From assembly GCA_963845065.1 (NCBI GenBank), contig CAWJQQ010000001.1, forward strand, positions 736,001 through 800,000: a stretch of DNA of 64,000 nt, read 5' to 3'. Below the pieces are notes generated by a model. It was given only the letters and a program-made list of their open reading frames with translations, did no database searches and was not told the DNA's origin. Position 1 is the stretch's first letter. Every line of letters starts with the position of its first letter. The translations under genes and the position numbers were made by a program. Source of the DNA: Nitrospirota bacterium (GTDB taxonomy: Bacteria > Nitrospirota > UBA9217). Positions 29,668-40,506 of this stretch are shown one piece after another.

Positions 29668-31395
29668 TCATCGGCTGATTGTGACATCCACGCTCTTGTC
29701 GATGGAATAGATGGGATATATTCTGAAGTCCTTTACCCACGGTTGCACCACGAAATAGTCCGCCTTGTGCCACATGAAGACCCATGGAGCATCTTTGATG
29801 ACCCGGTTTTCCGCCTGCCGATAGAGCCGGAAGCGCTGGTGCTCGTCCATGGTGTTTTGAGCTGTTTCGATTAGCCGGTCAAGCTCTGGATCGAGGCAGC
29901 GCGTTCGATTGCCAGTGGATCCTGCGCTCGCTGAATGGAATAGGGGAAACAGAAAATTTTCCGGGTCCGGATAGTCGGCCCACCAGGAGAGCCAGAAAGC
30001 GTTGGGTTCTCCGTCGTTCACCGCTTGTTTAAAGGCGCTCCAGTCGAGCTGTGTTATTTCAGACTTGAGCCCTGACTTTGCGAGATAGTCCTGGATGACT
30101 TCGACGATGTCGAGCACCTCTGGATCAGTAGGTATGTAGATCTTGATCGTTTTCCCTTCGGCTCCTGCCTCCCTGATCAATTCTGTTGCCTTCTGGGGAT
30201 CATAGGCATATCCTTCCGAAGTCTGTGTCCAGACCTTGTTTTTCCACAAGCCTGGAGGAATCGGGCCGGAGGCCAGGACGCCGCGTTTTTCAAAGATTGT
30301 GTTCAGGATGTGCTGGCGATCAATTGCATAGTTCACAGCTCTCCGCACGCGTATATCGTCGAACGGGGGGCGTGTGCAGTTGAGCCCGAGATAGTAAGTA
30401 TTCAATCCCGTCCTTCCATATACGAGATCTCGCCATTGAGGATCAGTAGTATAGCGGTGGTATTCCGATGACGGAATCTCGAGTACGTCGAGCCTGCCGG
30501 TTTCAAATTCCAGCACTGCTGTCAAATCCTCCGGTATGATGCGATAAACGATTCCGTTGAGCTTTGGTTTTCCTTCGAAATAATCCTCCCGCGCGGCAAG
30601 AATCACATGCTGTCCATGCTTCCATTCCATGAGCTCATACGGTCCGCTTCCAGCCGGATGCGTGCCGAAGTCCAGACCCAGCCGTTCCACCTCCTCGCGG
30701 GGAACGACATATGCGGTCGTCATGGCCAGAAGTGATAGGAACGGACCAAAGGGCTTCTCCAGTTTGAGCAAGAGGGTATGGTCGTTTACGACGCTGATAC
30801 CGGACACGCTTTGGGTCTTCCCGGAAAGAACATCTCCGGCACCCTGGATCTTATCGAGAACCCACGTGTGCGGGGCCTTTGTTTGAGGCTGGAGTACGCG
30901 TTCGAAAGAGTACTTAAAATCTTGGGCGGTGACCTTGCGGCCGTTGCCGAACGTGACATCCCGTCGGAGGTGGAACGTGTAGGTCATCTGATCGTTCGAT
31001 AGCTTCCAGGAGCGGGCGATATCAGGGACAATGTCCAAGTTTTCGTTGAAGCGGACCAAGCCATTGAAGAGCTTGGCTGTGATTGCACCTCCCAGAACAT
31101 CGGTGACCAGTGCAGGATCCAGCGTTGTCGGGTTGCTGTTCAGCCTCAGGTAGAGATATCCAGGAAGACGGCCGTCGTCGGAACGATGACATCCCACGGA
31201 AAGAAAAAAAATTAGGATAGAGAGTGTGACGAGAAAAGGCTCGAACGGCTTGCGCGCTACGGTTGTCTTTTGCGAGCTATGATTTTTTTGATGCGTTGAC
31301 GAACGCCACAAATAGTTTCTTGGAATATCGATCATTGGGTGTTTTTTCCGGGTGCCACTGTACTGCCAGAAGGAACTGTTTTGTCCTTGGTTCAA
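29668..31395 (-). CDS. Family 5 (Opp/Dpp) ABC substrate-binding lipoprotein
   Basis: LSVGC lipobox, TLDPA, FHLRRDVTF, GSGPY, WWADYPDP; true start probably downstream of 31395. Confidence 0.9.
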   Translation of the reverse strand: MNQGQNSSFWQYSGTRKKHPMIDIPRNYLWRSSTHQKNHSSQKTTVARKPFEPFLVTLSILIFFLSVGCHRSDDGRLPGYLYLRLNSNPTTLDPALVTDVLGGAITAKLFNGLVRFNENLDIVPDIARSWKLSNDQMTYTFHLRRDVTFGNGRKVTAQDFKYSFERVLQPQTKAPHTWVLDKIQGAGDVLSGKTQSVSGISVVNDHTLLLKLEKPFGPFLSLLAMTTAYVVPREEVERLGLDFGTHPAGSGPYELMEWKHGQHVILAAREDYFEGKPKLNGIVYRIIPEDLTAVLEFETGRLDVLEIPSSEYHRYTTDPQWRDLVYGRTGLNTYYLGLNCTRPPFDDIRVRRAVNYAIDRQHILNTIFEKRGVLASGPIPPGLWKNKVWTQTSEGYAYDPQKATELIREAGAEGKTIKIYIPTDPEVLDIVEVIQDYLAKSGLKSEITQLDWSAFKQAVNDGEPNAFWLSWWADYPDPENFLFPLFHSASAGSTGNRTRCLDPELDRLIETAQNTMDEHQRFRLYRQAENRVIKDAPWVFMWHKADYFVVQPWVKDFRIYPIYSIDKSVDVTISR

Positions 31396-31987
31396 GAGCT
31401 TCTATCACTTTGTCGTGGGCAACGGCTGATAGATGGAGACCGCGCCCTGGGTTTTTCACGCTCTGGTGGTGCGCACTTCGTACACGGATGCTGGAAACGC
31501 CCATGATGCTCGAGAGTAGGGTACCTTCAAGGATGTTGACATCGTGAAAAACCTTTTCACCGCTGTGTGCAGGACAATGTTCGATTGGGTGACGAATCTG
31601 TTGGGCAATGTCCTGGTATAATTTACCGCCAAGGGCCACGTTAACCAGTTGCGCTCCGTGACAAATGGCCAGAACCGGTTTCTTTGCCATGGTTACAGCT
31701 TTAAAAAGGTTTATCTCGAACCGGGTGCGCTCCTCCGGTGAAAGCGTTAATCGCCCCGTTGGAAGCAGTTTCTCTCGATAAAAAACTGGGTGAATATCGT
31801 CGCCGCCTGTGAACAGGAACCCGTCAAGATGTTTAATGAGGTCTGCGATTGAGTCGTCAATCCCGAGGACAGGCACAGGGATGCCACCAGCTTTAACGAC
31901 CGCTTTCCCGTAGTCTTGATCAAGGATGTTTATACTTCTGGTTGGATGGACCTCCAGGTTCATAGTAATACCGATCAATGGCTTCAT
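31277..31987 (-). CDS. Peptidase C26 / gamma-glutamyl-GABA hydrolase family
   Basis: FTGGDD, AICHGAQ, SAHHQ, VQWHPE. Confidence 0.9.
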   Translation of the reverse strand: MKPLIGITMNLEVHPTRSINILDQDYGKAVVKAGGIPVPVLGIDDSIADLIKHLDGFLFTGGDDIHPVFYREKLLPTGRLTLSPEERTRFEINLFKAVTMAKKPVLAICHGAQLVNVALGGKLYQDIAQQIRHPIEHCPAHSGEKVFHDVNILEGTLLSSIMGVSSIRVRSAHHQSVKNPGRGLHLSAVAHDKVIEALEPRTKQFLLAVQWHPEKTPNDRYSKKLFVAFVNASKKS

Positions 31988-32336
31988 GTGTATACCCCCG
32001 AAAATCGTGTAAGTTACATTTGCCCTCATATCTATAACACATTTTCGGAAGGTTGTCAGTGTGAGATTGTAATTTGAGATTTATTGGTTTCTAGTGATTT
32101 ATGCCTATTTTCAACACTGACCGGGTCAAACCGGAGCCAAAAGTTTTTGATGCTACAGTCACGCGGGACACAGGTATCTTTCTATATAGCCTGACGGGAG
32201 AACCTTTAAAGCCAGGGATTGACCTGTATGTTCTGACGAGGTCCGTGGTTTCTAAATGTGCCGCTTCTTTTCGCCCTTGTAGTAAGTATCAAGGAATTAG
32301 CATCCTGTATCTCAAAGATTTGATTTGCCCGCCATG

Positions 32337-33257
32337 TCATTTAATCAACAATTCCAGTACCGCCTTCTGCGAATGCAGGCGGTTCTCTGCCTGATCAAAG
32401 ACCACGGACTGAGGCCCATCGATGACTTCGGCCGCAATTTCCTCGCCGCGGTGGGCGGGTAGGCAATGCATCACGATCGCCTGAGCATTCGCGGCTTTCA
32501 TCAGTTTCGCGTCTACCTGGTACCCCTGAAACGCCCTCAAACGAATTGCATGTTCCGCTTCCTGTCCCATGCTTGCCCAAACGTCGGTGTACAGGACATC
32601 GGCATTTTCTGCGGCCTTGGCAGGGTCATTCACAATGCGCAGAACCGAGCCCGTTCGAGCAGCCTCCCGCTGTGCTTCGCGCATTACCCCGACATCGGGT
32701 TCATAACCATGTGGACAACCGATGGAAATATGCATCCCGACCTTGACGCAAGCCTCAATGAGCGAGTTTGCCATATTGTTCCCATCGCCAACGTAGGCAA
32801 GCTTAAGCCCTTTTAATTTTCTCTTCTTTTCCTGGATCGTGAAGAGGTCGGCAAGGACCTGACAGGGGTGGTGGAGGTCTGTTAACCCGTTAATGACTGG
32901 TATTGTTGCATGCCGCGCCAGTTCTTCAACCGTGGTTTGGGCAAAGGTGCGAATCATAATTCCATCCAGGTAACGCGCGAGGACGCGCGCCGTGTCTGCA
33001 ACGAGTTCACCGCGGCCGATCTGGAGATCGTCGGATGAAAGAAATAGAGCATGACCACCGAGCTGGAACATGCCAGTTTCGAAAGACACTCTAGTTCTTG
33101 TCGAGGATTTTTCAAAGATCATGCCCAGGGTCTTCCCTTTGAGCGTTGCATGAGGCTTTCCTTGGCGTAAGAGTTTCTTTAAAACAGCGGATCGCTTGAG
33201 GATCTTCTCGATGTCCTTCAGCGTCAGGTCTGAAATCGCAAGCAGATCTTTTTTCAT
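32337..33257 (-). CDS. argF: Ornithine carbamoyltransferase
   Basis: SSTRTR, HPCQ, YTDVWASMG, HCLP. Confidence 0.97.
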   Translation of the reverse strand: MKKDLLAISDLTLKDIEKILKRSAVLKKLLRQGKPHATLKGKTLGMIFEKSSTRTRVSFETGMFQLGGHALFLSSDDLQIGRGELVADTARVLARYLDGIMIRTFAQTTVEELARHATIPVINGLTDLHHPCQVLADLFTIQEKKRKLKGLKLAYVGDGNNMANSLIEACVKVGMHISIGCPHGYEPDVGVMREAQREAARTGSVLRIVNDPAKAAENADVLYTDVWASMGQEAEHAIRLRAFQGYQVDAKLMKAANAQAIVMHCLPAHRGEEIAAEVIDGPQSVVFDQAENRLHSQKAVLELLIK

Positions 33258-33353
33258 TCATTCTCCAGAGGAAGTTGATAGCTTATGGTCTTTGTAACAA
33301 ACATCAGGCTATGCCGTTCGTTGTAAACAATGAGTCTTCAGCGAAGAGCCTAA

Positions 33354-34547
33354 TTATCGTTTTGCAAATATCCCGTCGAGCGTCTCCAGAAGACGATCGA
33401 CCTCCTGCTCGGTTATGATGAGTGGAGGCATGAACCGCAGCACATAATCAATAGTGCAGTTGATCAGCAGACCTTCCTTGATGCAGGCACTAACTATGTC
33501 TTTGCCGGGAAAGTCCAGTTCCATCCCGATGAGTAATCCCCTGCCTCGGACGTCCTTGATGAAGGAATATTTCTTCTTAAGGTTTTCCAGCCCCTGTAGA
33601 AAGTGCCGGCCGAGTTGTTCTACGGCCGGAATGATAATGTCGTCCTCGATTAGTGTCTCAAACGAGGCCAGTGCCGCAGCGCAGGCAAGTGGATTTCCTC
33701 CGAAGGTTGAGCCGTGGGACCCCGGTGTGAGGGCTTGAGCCGCTTTTTCAGTGGCAATGATCGCACCAATAGGCATGCCGGCGCCCAATCCTTTTGCAAG
33801 CGCCGCTACATCCGGCACAATGTTATCATGTTCATAGGCAAAGAGTTTTCCAGTCCGCCCCATGCCGGTCTGGATTTCGTCGAGCAACAGTAAGAGCTTG
33901 TTGCGGTCGCAGATATCTCTGAGCGCCTTTAAGTATCCGTCGGCGGGAACGTTCACGCCACCTTCTCCCTGGATTGGTTCCACGAGTATTGCGCAAGAGT
34001 GTTCGTTCATTGCCGCTTCGACTGCACCGATGTCATCGTAGGGAACGTACTGAAAGCCCGGGAGCATGGGCTCAAACCCCTTATGGAGCCGCTCCTGAGC
34101 TGTAGCCGTGAGCGCGCCCAGGGTACGGCCATGGAACGAGCCTCGCATAGTGATGATCTCGTACCGGTCTTCCTTCAATACCTCGCGGCTGTACCGACGT
34201 GCAAGCTTGATGGCAGCTTCGATGGCCTCGGTGCCAGAATTACAAAAAAACACTTTTTCCGCAAAAGAATGCGTTACGAGCGCTTTCGCGAGGTTGATCT
34301 GTGGCTCATTATGATAGTGGTTCGACACGTGCATCAGTCGCTGGGCCTGTTTCTGGAGCGCTACGACAACCCTAGGGTGACAGTGCCCAAGGTTATTTAC
34401 TGCCACGCCGGAGACAAAGTCGATATATTCCCTTCCATCGGAGTCGAATACCCTGGTTCCTCGGCCTTTAATAAGAACGAGCGGCTGCCGCCCATAGGTA
34501 TTCATAATGTATTTTTGAGAATCCGCAAGAATATCATTCGTGATCAT
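33354..34547 (-). CDS. argD: Acetylornithine aminotransferase
   Basis: MNTYGR, FCNSGTEA, FHGRT, EPIQGEGG, DEIQTG, HGSTFGGNP; upstream of argF. Confidence 0.93.
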   Translation of the reverse strand: MITNDILADSQKYIMNTYGRQPLVLIKGRGTRVFDSDGREYIDFVSGVAVNNLGHCHPRVVVALQKQAQRLMHVSNHYHNEPQINLAKALVTHSFAEKVFFCNSGTEAIEAAIKLARRYSREVLKEDRYEIITMRGSFHGRTLGALTATAQERLHKGFEPMLPGFQYVPYDDIGAVEAAMNEHSCAILVEPIQGEGGVNVPADGYLKALRDICDRNKLLLLLDEIQTGMGRTGKLFAYEHDNIVPDVAALAKGLGAGMPIGAIIATEKAAQALTPGSHGSTFGGNPLACAAALASFETLIEDDIIIPAVEQLGRHFLQGLENLKKKYSFIKDVRGRGLLIGMELDFPGKDIVSACIKEGLLINCTIDYVLRFMPPLIITEQEVDRLLETLDGIFAKR

Positions 34548-34624
34548 AGATTGAAAAGTAGCATAGTCAGGTTGAAAAATCAAACGGAAATTCATGTACA
34601 TTCTACCGGAATGAGCCGCGACTT

Positions 34625-35434
34625 GTGACCTAAGCCCTTGCATCTCCATAAGCCCCTGGGTTTATCCATGGGGTTAGGAGTTACAGTTTCAGAATATAAT
34701 TGATACAGAATTTTGATGCAACTAGACAAATATTCGCCTTTCTGCCATGTTGAATATCATTAATGTCTAGAAAATCCAAAACTCCGCCGTTTATCCATGA
34801 ATTGCCTCTTCTGGTCAATACCCGCGAGGAGCAGGCACTCCTTGTTCGCATGGACATGCCGCAGCTCAATAATACTTGCCTCGACGAATCCCTTGTAGGC
34901 TAACTCTTCTCCAACAGTCAAAACAGTGTAAAGCAGGCCGCAGGATTCCCTTACGGATAAAGAAACTCTCTCGGCTGCGTTCAAGGCTGTGAACGAGCTG
35001 TTTGAGTTCAATGCCTACGACATGCAAAAGTTGGCAGCAAAAAACGCCTGTCACATCGGCGATCACCTGGATGTTCACACGATCCAGAAGATCGTTCCCG
35101 GGCATTTTATGCAGTACAAAAATATGCTTTTCAAAAGAGAGGTAGACTCAGGTTCAAGGGTAAATATCAAATCGTGAGCGTCAGGTCCTGACCGGGTGCG
35201 GAACCGCTCCTAGCACAGGCGATATCGAGACTTCTTCTCCAATCTGCAAATGCGGGGACTGCATTTCCCCATAGCTTCGGTCTCAACTGGAGGCAGCGTG
35301 GTTCGCCTGTGAAAGAAGGCCATACCAAAAACAATATCCGGGATGTTGTAGCGGCCGGCCCATGCTCGTCGTGAGAGCCCGGAAAAGAAATTAGATTTTT
35401 AGAAATCCCGGCCTTTAGTCTTGGGGAAGTTCAG
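34625..35434 (+). mobile_element. Non-autonomous IS200/IS605 (tnpB) element with internal deletion
   Basis: Left hairpin AAGCCCCTGGGTTTATCCATGGGGTT; frameshifted tnpB 5' end from ATG 34763 (MSRKSKTPPFIHELPL..GDHLDVHTIQK..RGRLRFKG); right hairpin ATCCCGGCCTTTAGTCTTGGGGA ending TTCAG. Confidence 0.75.
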
Positions 35435-35458
35435 TAACTGGGTGTTATCGTGTCAGCT

Positions 35459-36283
35459 TCATTGGATATAGCCAGCACCGACGTAAAAGATCACTGCGGC
35501 GCGGATTGCGTAGCGTTGCATGCCCCAGTCGTCGGGAAGCGGTTGGAAAGGGGCCGCTGCTTTGATCGCGCGTACTGCTTCGTCATCGAGGATTTTGAAG
35601 CCCGATGATTTTAGAACCTCGACGCTGCCAAGGGAGCCGTCCTTCAGAATGTCGAACTTGATATAGAGTGTCCCCTGATAGCCGGATATGGCGGCTAGCT
35701 CGGGGTATTTAAGCACGCTCTCGACCTTGATCTTGAGCCAGCGGTTGTAGGACATAAACTTGAACTCGTCCGTATCGAGCGTAACTGAATTATCGCCGAG
35801 ATGCTTTTTCGGCATGCCTTTACGGGCAAGTTCGTCGATGTCGTTTTGCGTCAGAAAGGGAAGCGGCCCGGAATACTTATGCAACTGTGGCACGCCTGTT
35901 TTCCCTGTTTCTTTCCCTTCCTCGGCACCCTCGCTTACTCCTGTGCGTGGCATTGTCTTCGGCAGTTTGATCTCGTTGCTTTCCCCGAATTTTTTTGGCA
36001 TCGGTACTTCACTGGGCGGCAGTGGTTTTTCCGGGACGATGCGCTGGGGAACAGGTGGTATGGGCACAGGCTGTTGCAACGGCGGCAGCTTATTGGTATC
36101 CTGCGGCGGAAGGCTAACGATGCTGACCGGCGTAAACGTCGGGATCTCAGTCAATGAGGGCTTGAGGAGGAACAACACCGCGGCTATGACCAACGCATGC
36201 AAGGCGAGGGAAACGATGAGAAATTTTGTGAGATGTAAATGCCGGGGCATAAGATTCAGAGGGTCAACAGGGCAAGGATTCAT
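35459..36283 (-). CDS. Energy transducer TonB-family protein
   Basis: SLALH TM helix, Pro-rich linker, YPELA..G..SSG..LDDEA TonB_C domain. Confidence 0.88.
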   Translation of the reverse strand: MNPCPVDPLNLMPRHLHLTKFLIVSLALHALVIAAVLFLLKPSLTEIPTFTPVSIVSLPPQDTNKLPPLQQPVPIPPVPQRIVPEKPLPPSEVPMPKKFGESNEIKLPKTMPRTGVSEGAEEGKETGKTGVPQLHKYSGPLPFLTQNDIDELARKGMPKKHLGDNSVTLDTDEFKFMSYNRWLKIKVESVLKYPELAAISGYQGTLYIKFDILKDGSLGSVEVLKSSGFKILDDEAVRAIKAAAPFQPLPDDWGMQRYAIRAAVIFYVGAGYIQ

Positions 36284-36353
36284 TTAAAAATCAGTAGCTT
36301 TATCCGCTTTGCACCAGTTCTTGCGAGAAATTTAAGTCAGGGTCCATCTGCAG

Positions 36354-37397
36354 CTATATCGATTCCTGCATCCGGTCGGAGACTTCTCGGAGCAGCTTTA
36401 GGATCGACTCTGCCTTGTCAGGGGTAAGGCTACCCAGCCCACAGGACGGGGTAATGAGGCACTGGCTGACAATGGTATCGCGCGCGATCCCATTCGCTTC
36501 CAGCCGCCTTATTCCACCTCCGAGCTTTTCAAGAAGTATTCCTGCTGTCTCGTTTCCCGTATATGCACCCGCTGGGACAATGCCCCAGGCAAGCGCGCCG
36601 CCGCGGTTGAGAAACTTTTTGATGGCGTCGGGGTAGAGTAATATCTTGTCCATATACCCGAAAGCATCGAAGTTGACAATGTCGATCCCCGTGTCGAACA
36701 GCATGGACCAGTCAGCGTTGCCGCAGCAGTGGATGCCGGCTATCCCGTCCCGCTCGTGGATCATTTCGATGATTTCGTTCAGTTTTTCGACGACAACCTC
36801 GGAGGAAACAGCAGAAAAGGCCGAGCCGAGCGACTCCATGGCAGGCTCGTCAATGAAGATTATGATCGGTTTCCCGAATTGTTTAAATTGCCCGATTTGC
36901 CACGCCGCTTTCATGGCGAGCCCCTTGACTACCGCATCGAACAGTACGTCATTATGGACAATGTCCTTGCCTGTTTCATCCTTGAAGGAAATGCCGGCAG
37001 TAAGCGGACCGGTGATTTGGCCTTTGATGTACCGTGTGTTGTTAGGAATCCCTTTTTTCAAATTTCCGAGAAAGGCATAGAACCCGGCTGCATAGTCTTC
37101 CGATAGTTTAAAAAAATCATAATCCTTCTCGAGGTAACGTTCGAAGAATTTTTCGAGTTCCGGCGTAAGGTCCTTCGATGAGTCGAAATAAAACCGGCTT
37201 TTCTTTTCATCGAGCCTTAAACCAGGCAGGGACTCACTAAACTGGTTGTCCATCTGCTCGCGGAAGTCCCTCTGGGGAAGCTGAGGCCAGATTGGCGCTT
37301 CATAAAGATATTGAAGCGAAAGGATCGCTGCCTTGTCGGCGTCCGTGACCGGTAAGCTGCCGATGCCGGTAGCGATACAATTGAAACGAAGATTCAT
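36354..37397 (-). CDS. Short cobalamin-independent-type methionine synthase core (MesB-like)
   Basis: TGIGSLP, WPQLP, KGQITGP, FIDEP, HCC and TPSCG Zn ligands; 347 aa single barrel. Confidence 0.75.
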   Translation of the reverse strand: MNLRFNCIATGIGSLPVTDADKAAILSLQYLYEAPIWPQLPQRDFREQMDNQFSESLPGLRLDEKKSRFYFDSSKDLTPELEKFFERYLEKDYDFFKLSEDYAAGFYAFLGNLKKGIPNNTRYIKGQITGPLTAGISFKDETGKDIVHNDVLFDAVVKGLAMKAAWQIGQFKQFGKPIIIFIDEPAMESLGSAFSAVSSEVVVEKLNEIIEMIHERDGIAGIHCCGNADWSMLFDTGIDIVNFDAFGYMDKILLYPDAIKKFLNRGGALAWGIVPAGAYTGNETAGILLEKLGGGIRRLEANGIARDTIVSQCLITPSCGLGSLTPDKAESILKLLREVSDRMQESI

Positions 37398-37575
37398 GAC
37401 ATTAGACCTCGCATTAAGAAAAAAGTTACATTTTTTATTATATATTTAGCCGTAGGAAAAAACAACTTAAATGATTAAAAATGACGGAATCGTTCTCTCC
37501 TGGAAGATTATATAATATATCAAGCACAGCTATAATACCGTTTTTATCTTTACAGAATCTATAATAACCGGTACT

Positions 37576-37944
37576 ATGCAGTACATGAATTACGGTGCGA
37601 AAGCAATCAAACGAGCCAAACTCGAACTCTGGCCCAATCCAAACCCTGACCGCGACTATGTAATCGACATCTCTTATCCTGAATTCACATGCCTCTGCCC
37701 GCGCTCGGGCTATCCCGATTTCGCGAATATCAAGATTATCTATACACCGGACAAAAAAGTCTTGGAACTCAAGTCACTGAAACTTTGGCTTAACAGTTTC
37801 CGGGACCAGTGCATTTCTCACGAAGCCGTGACAAATCTGATCTTTGGCACCCTTGCATTAAACCTCAAGCCGCGCGCCCTGGAAGTAGTCGGTGATTTCA
37901 ACGTGCGGGGAAACGTGAAGACCTTGATACGAGTTGTACTATAA
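37576..37944 (+). CDS. queF: preQ0 reductase (type I)
   Basis: [30 protein letters not shown]. Confidence 0.95.
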   Translation: MQYMNYGAKAIKRAKLELWPNPNPDRDYVIDISYPEFTCLCPRSGYPDFANIKIIYTPDKKVLELKSLKLWLNSFRDQCISHEAVTNLIFGTLALNLKPRALEVVGDFNVRGNVKTLIRVVL

Positions 37945-38118
37945 TCAGGCAAGCGGCCACGCTACTTTTCATACCTCCTATATCGTGGCGTCATAGCTCT
38001 TTTTTTTCGTGTAATTCTTCCTAAAACATCACCTAACTCAACGAAATATCTTGACTATTTTACAGAGCCATGTTATCAATGCACTGTTGTGGCGCACTCA
38101 ATAACACAGAGGTTGTAC

Positions 38119-38552
38119 ATGAAGTTTTCGATTAAAATCGGAATTCCCATTCTTGTGTTTTCATTCATCGTTCCCTTCATATCAAGTGCCGCTATCGTCT
38201 CCGAGTCATTCGTACCACTCGTGAAAAAAGAGATGCCCGCGGCCGAAAACATTTTGACCAAACAGATTGTCAAATTACAGCAGCAATCACCTTTTGGCGA
38301 CCCGCAAATGAATCATTTCCCCATCGGTTTTTCAGCGGGAGGCCGCAACGTAAACAGATGAGACAGAACCTCGGCTCTGTGTTTATAATCAATGATGATG
38401 GCTACATATTGACGAACAACCATGTTGTTGAAATGATGAAAGACATCAAGGTCGCCCTCGAGGATGGCATGAGTTACTTTGTATTTACGATAAGAATGCC
38501 TTTCAAGCAAGGAGACGGCGAGAATAAAGTCGTTTATTTTAAGGTCAAGTAA
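38119..38552 (+). pseudogene. HtrA/DegP serine protease remnant
   Basis: Signal peptide, [12 protein letters not shown], then frameshifted [20 protein letters not shown]; catalytic Asp/Ser region and PDZ domains missing. Confidence 0.75.
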
Positions 38553-38687
38553 ACCCATTTATCATCATGAATATATGGTTTGATAAGAAACTCAGGTACC
38601 TTAGTATTAAGATGTAATACTTTCCTTCGTGCCTCGGCATCTCTGTAGTGATGCCCTGATGATTCGCACTGGAAAAAGGAGAAGCCT

Positions 38688-39023
38688 ATGTTTGGTCTCG
38701 GGATAGGTGAATTACTCGTCATATTCGTCATAGCTCTCGTGGTTTTCGGTCCCAAGAAGCTTCCGGAAATTGGACGATCCGTGGGGCGGGCCATGATGGA
38801 GTTCAAAAAAGCATCCCAGGAATTTCAGGAATCCATGCGTGAGGAAATGAAGGAAGTCGAAAAGAACACGCATCTCGACGAGATCAAGAAACTCGGCAAT
38901 ATCCAACTTCCTGATTACGACGAACCCACACCGGCAAAGGCCCCGGAAACGCAGGTAGCGAACCAAAATGCTGAACAAAAGCCGGAAGAGCACAAGAGCG
39001 AGGAGACCAAGGGCAATGGCTGA
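38688..39023 (+). CDS. tatA: Twin-arginine translocase TatA/TatB subunit
   Basis: MFGLGIGEL..VVFGPKKLPEIGRSVG. Confidence 0.85.
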   Translation: MFGLGIGELLVIFVIALVVFGPKKLPEIGRSVGRAMMEFKKASQEFQESMREEMKEVEKNTHLDEIKKLGNIQLPDYDEPTPAKAPETQVANQNAEQKPEEHKSEETKGNG

Positions 39024-39819
39024 AGAAGATATTAGGATGTCCTTCTGGGGCCATTTGGAAGAACTGAGGAAAAGACTTGTACACTCATTCATCTGGATCA
39101 TCATTGGCTTCGGCATTTGCTTTAATTATTCCGAGAACATTCTGGCTGCGCTAATGTGGCCAATGAACTCGAAGATTGTCATCAAGCACACGTTCCCGTT
39201 CTTTTCCTCCATTCCGAATGCAGTCCCGCAGATGTTGCACTACACAACGTTGATAGAGCCATTCTGGTCCCACTTGAAGATCGGACTCATCGCTGGCCTC
39301 ATGCTCGTGTTCCCTTTCGTCATGCGCGAGCTATGGAAGTTCTTCTCTCCGGCGTTGCAGATGAAAGAGCGGCGCTACATAGGGTACTTTGTCCTTTTTT
39401 CCACGCTGTTTTTCGCTGCCGGGGTCCTTTTCTGTTTCATGGTGTTGCTACCTATCGCCATCCCCTTTCTATTGACTTATAAAACCGCGAACCTTATCGC
39501 GATCATCAAGATCGGCGACTATATCGATTTCGTCCTCAAGTTTCTGCTGGCGAGCGGGCTCGTGTTCGAACTTCCTCTCATTATTGTTCTCTTGAGCCGT
39601 ATGGGCATTGTGAACCCCGCGGTACTGGCTAAACACCGGAAATTCGCGATTCTCGGGGCGTTCATCCTAGGTGCGATCCTGACGCCCACGCCGGATGTGT
39701 TCAACCAGACCATACTTTCCATCCCCATCTATTTGTTGTATGAACTGGGCATTCTTTTTGCCCGTGTATTCGGAAGAGCGAAAAAAGCGAAGGCGACGGA
39801 CCTGATGGAGACGAAATAG
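39016..39819 (+). CDS. tatC: Twin-arginine translocase TatC
   Basis: HLEELRKRL, FELP, TPTPD, LYE. Confidence 0.95.
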   Translation: MAEEDIRMSFWGHLEELRKRLVHSFIWIIIGFGICFNYSENILAALMWPMNSKIVIKHTFPFFSSIPNAVPQMLHYTTLIEPFWSHLKIGLIAGLMLVFPFVMRELWKFFSPALQMKERRYIGYFVLFSTLFFAAGVLFCFMVLLPIAIPFLLTYKTANLIAIIKIGDYIDFVLKFLLASGLVFELPLIIVLLSRMGIVNPAVLAKHRKFAILGAFILGAILTPTPDVFNQTILSIPIYLLYELGILFARVFGRAKKAKATDLMETK

Positions 39820-40002
39820 ATGAAACCTTATAAAACGGACATGGTCTTATGGAAGCATCCCTGCTTACATGACTCAAGGACGGGCTCCAGGCAGGGCTAT
39901 CAATTTTCCCTTCCTCTTAATGGATTTTTCAGTACAAGTCTGCATATGTGTGATTAATAAATCGAGAATAGAAGAACGTCTCCATCAAATATCGGACATT
40001 AT

Positions 40003-40506
40003 ATGCATGTTTTTTCCTTCATAGCCGCGGCCTCGAACAGCGGCAAAACGACTCTCCTGGAGAAAGTCGTGGTAATCCTCAAAGCCAAAGGCCTGCGAGT
40101 GGCCGTAGTGAAACACACCTCAATGGGTTTTGATCTTGACAAGCCCAAAAAGGACTCCTGGCGCTTTCAAAAAGCCGGCGCGGACACGGTGGTACTCGTG
40201 GGTCCGGGGAAGATGGCGATTATGAAGACGGTTGACCACGAACCATCGCCGCAAGAGCTTCTTCAGGCGACAGGAGACGCGGATATAGTAATTTGTGAAG
40301 GGTTTAAAAAGAACGATATGAACATGATCGAGGTCTTCCGTCACGGCGCCTCAGGAGAGCAGCCCCTCTGTTTGGGTGGTACTTCGTCGTTTCTCGCCTT
40401 GGTAAGCGACCGACCTTTCTCTGTGTCCATTCCTCACTTTGACCTGAACGACGCCAACGGCGTCGCGGATTTTCTGATAAATAAAATTCGTAGTATTGAA
40501 TCATAA
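40003..40506 (+). CDS. mobB: Molybdopterin-guanine dinucleotide biosynthesis protein B
   Basis: SNSGKTT, VKH, DKPKKDSWRF, EGFK. Confidence 0.9.
   Translation: MHVFSFIAAASNSGKTTLLEKVVVILKAKGLRVAVVKHTSMGFDLDKPKKDSWRFQKAGADTVVLVGPGKMAIMKTVDHEPSPQELLQATGDADIVICEGFKKNDMNMIEVFRHGASGEQPLCLGGTSSFLALVSDRPFSVSIPHFDLNDANGVADFLINKIRSIES

Noticed and set aside
34681..35177. Short ORFs 34681-34869, 34760-35011, 34866-35105 and 34989-35177 as genes
   Set aside because: Antisense shadows or fragments of the tnpB relic
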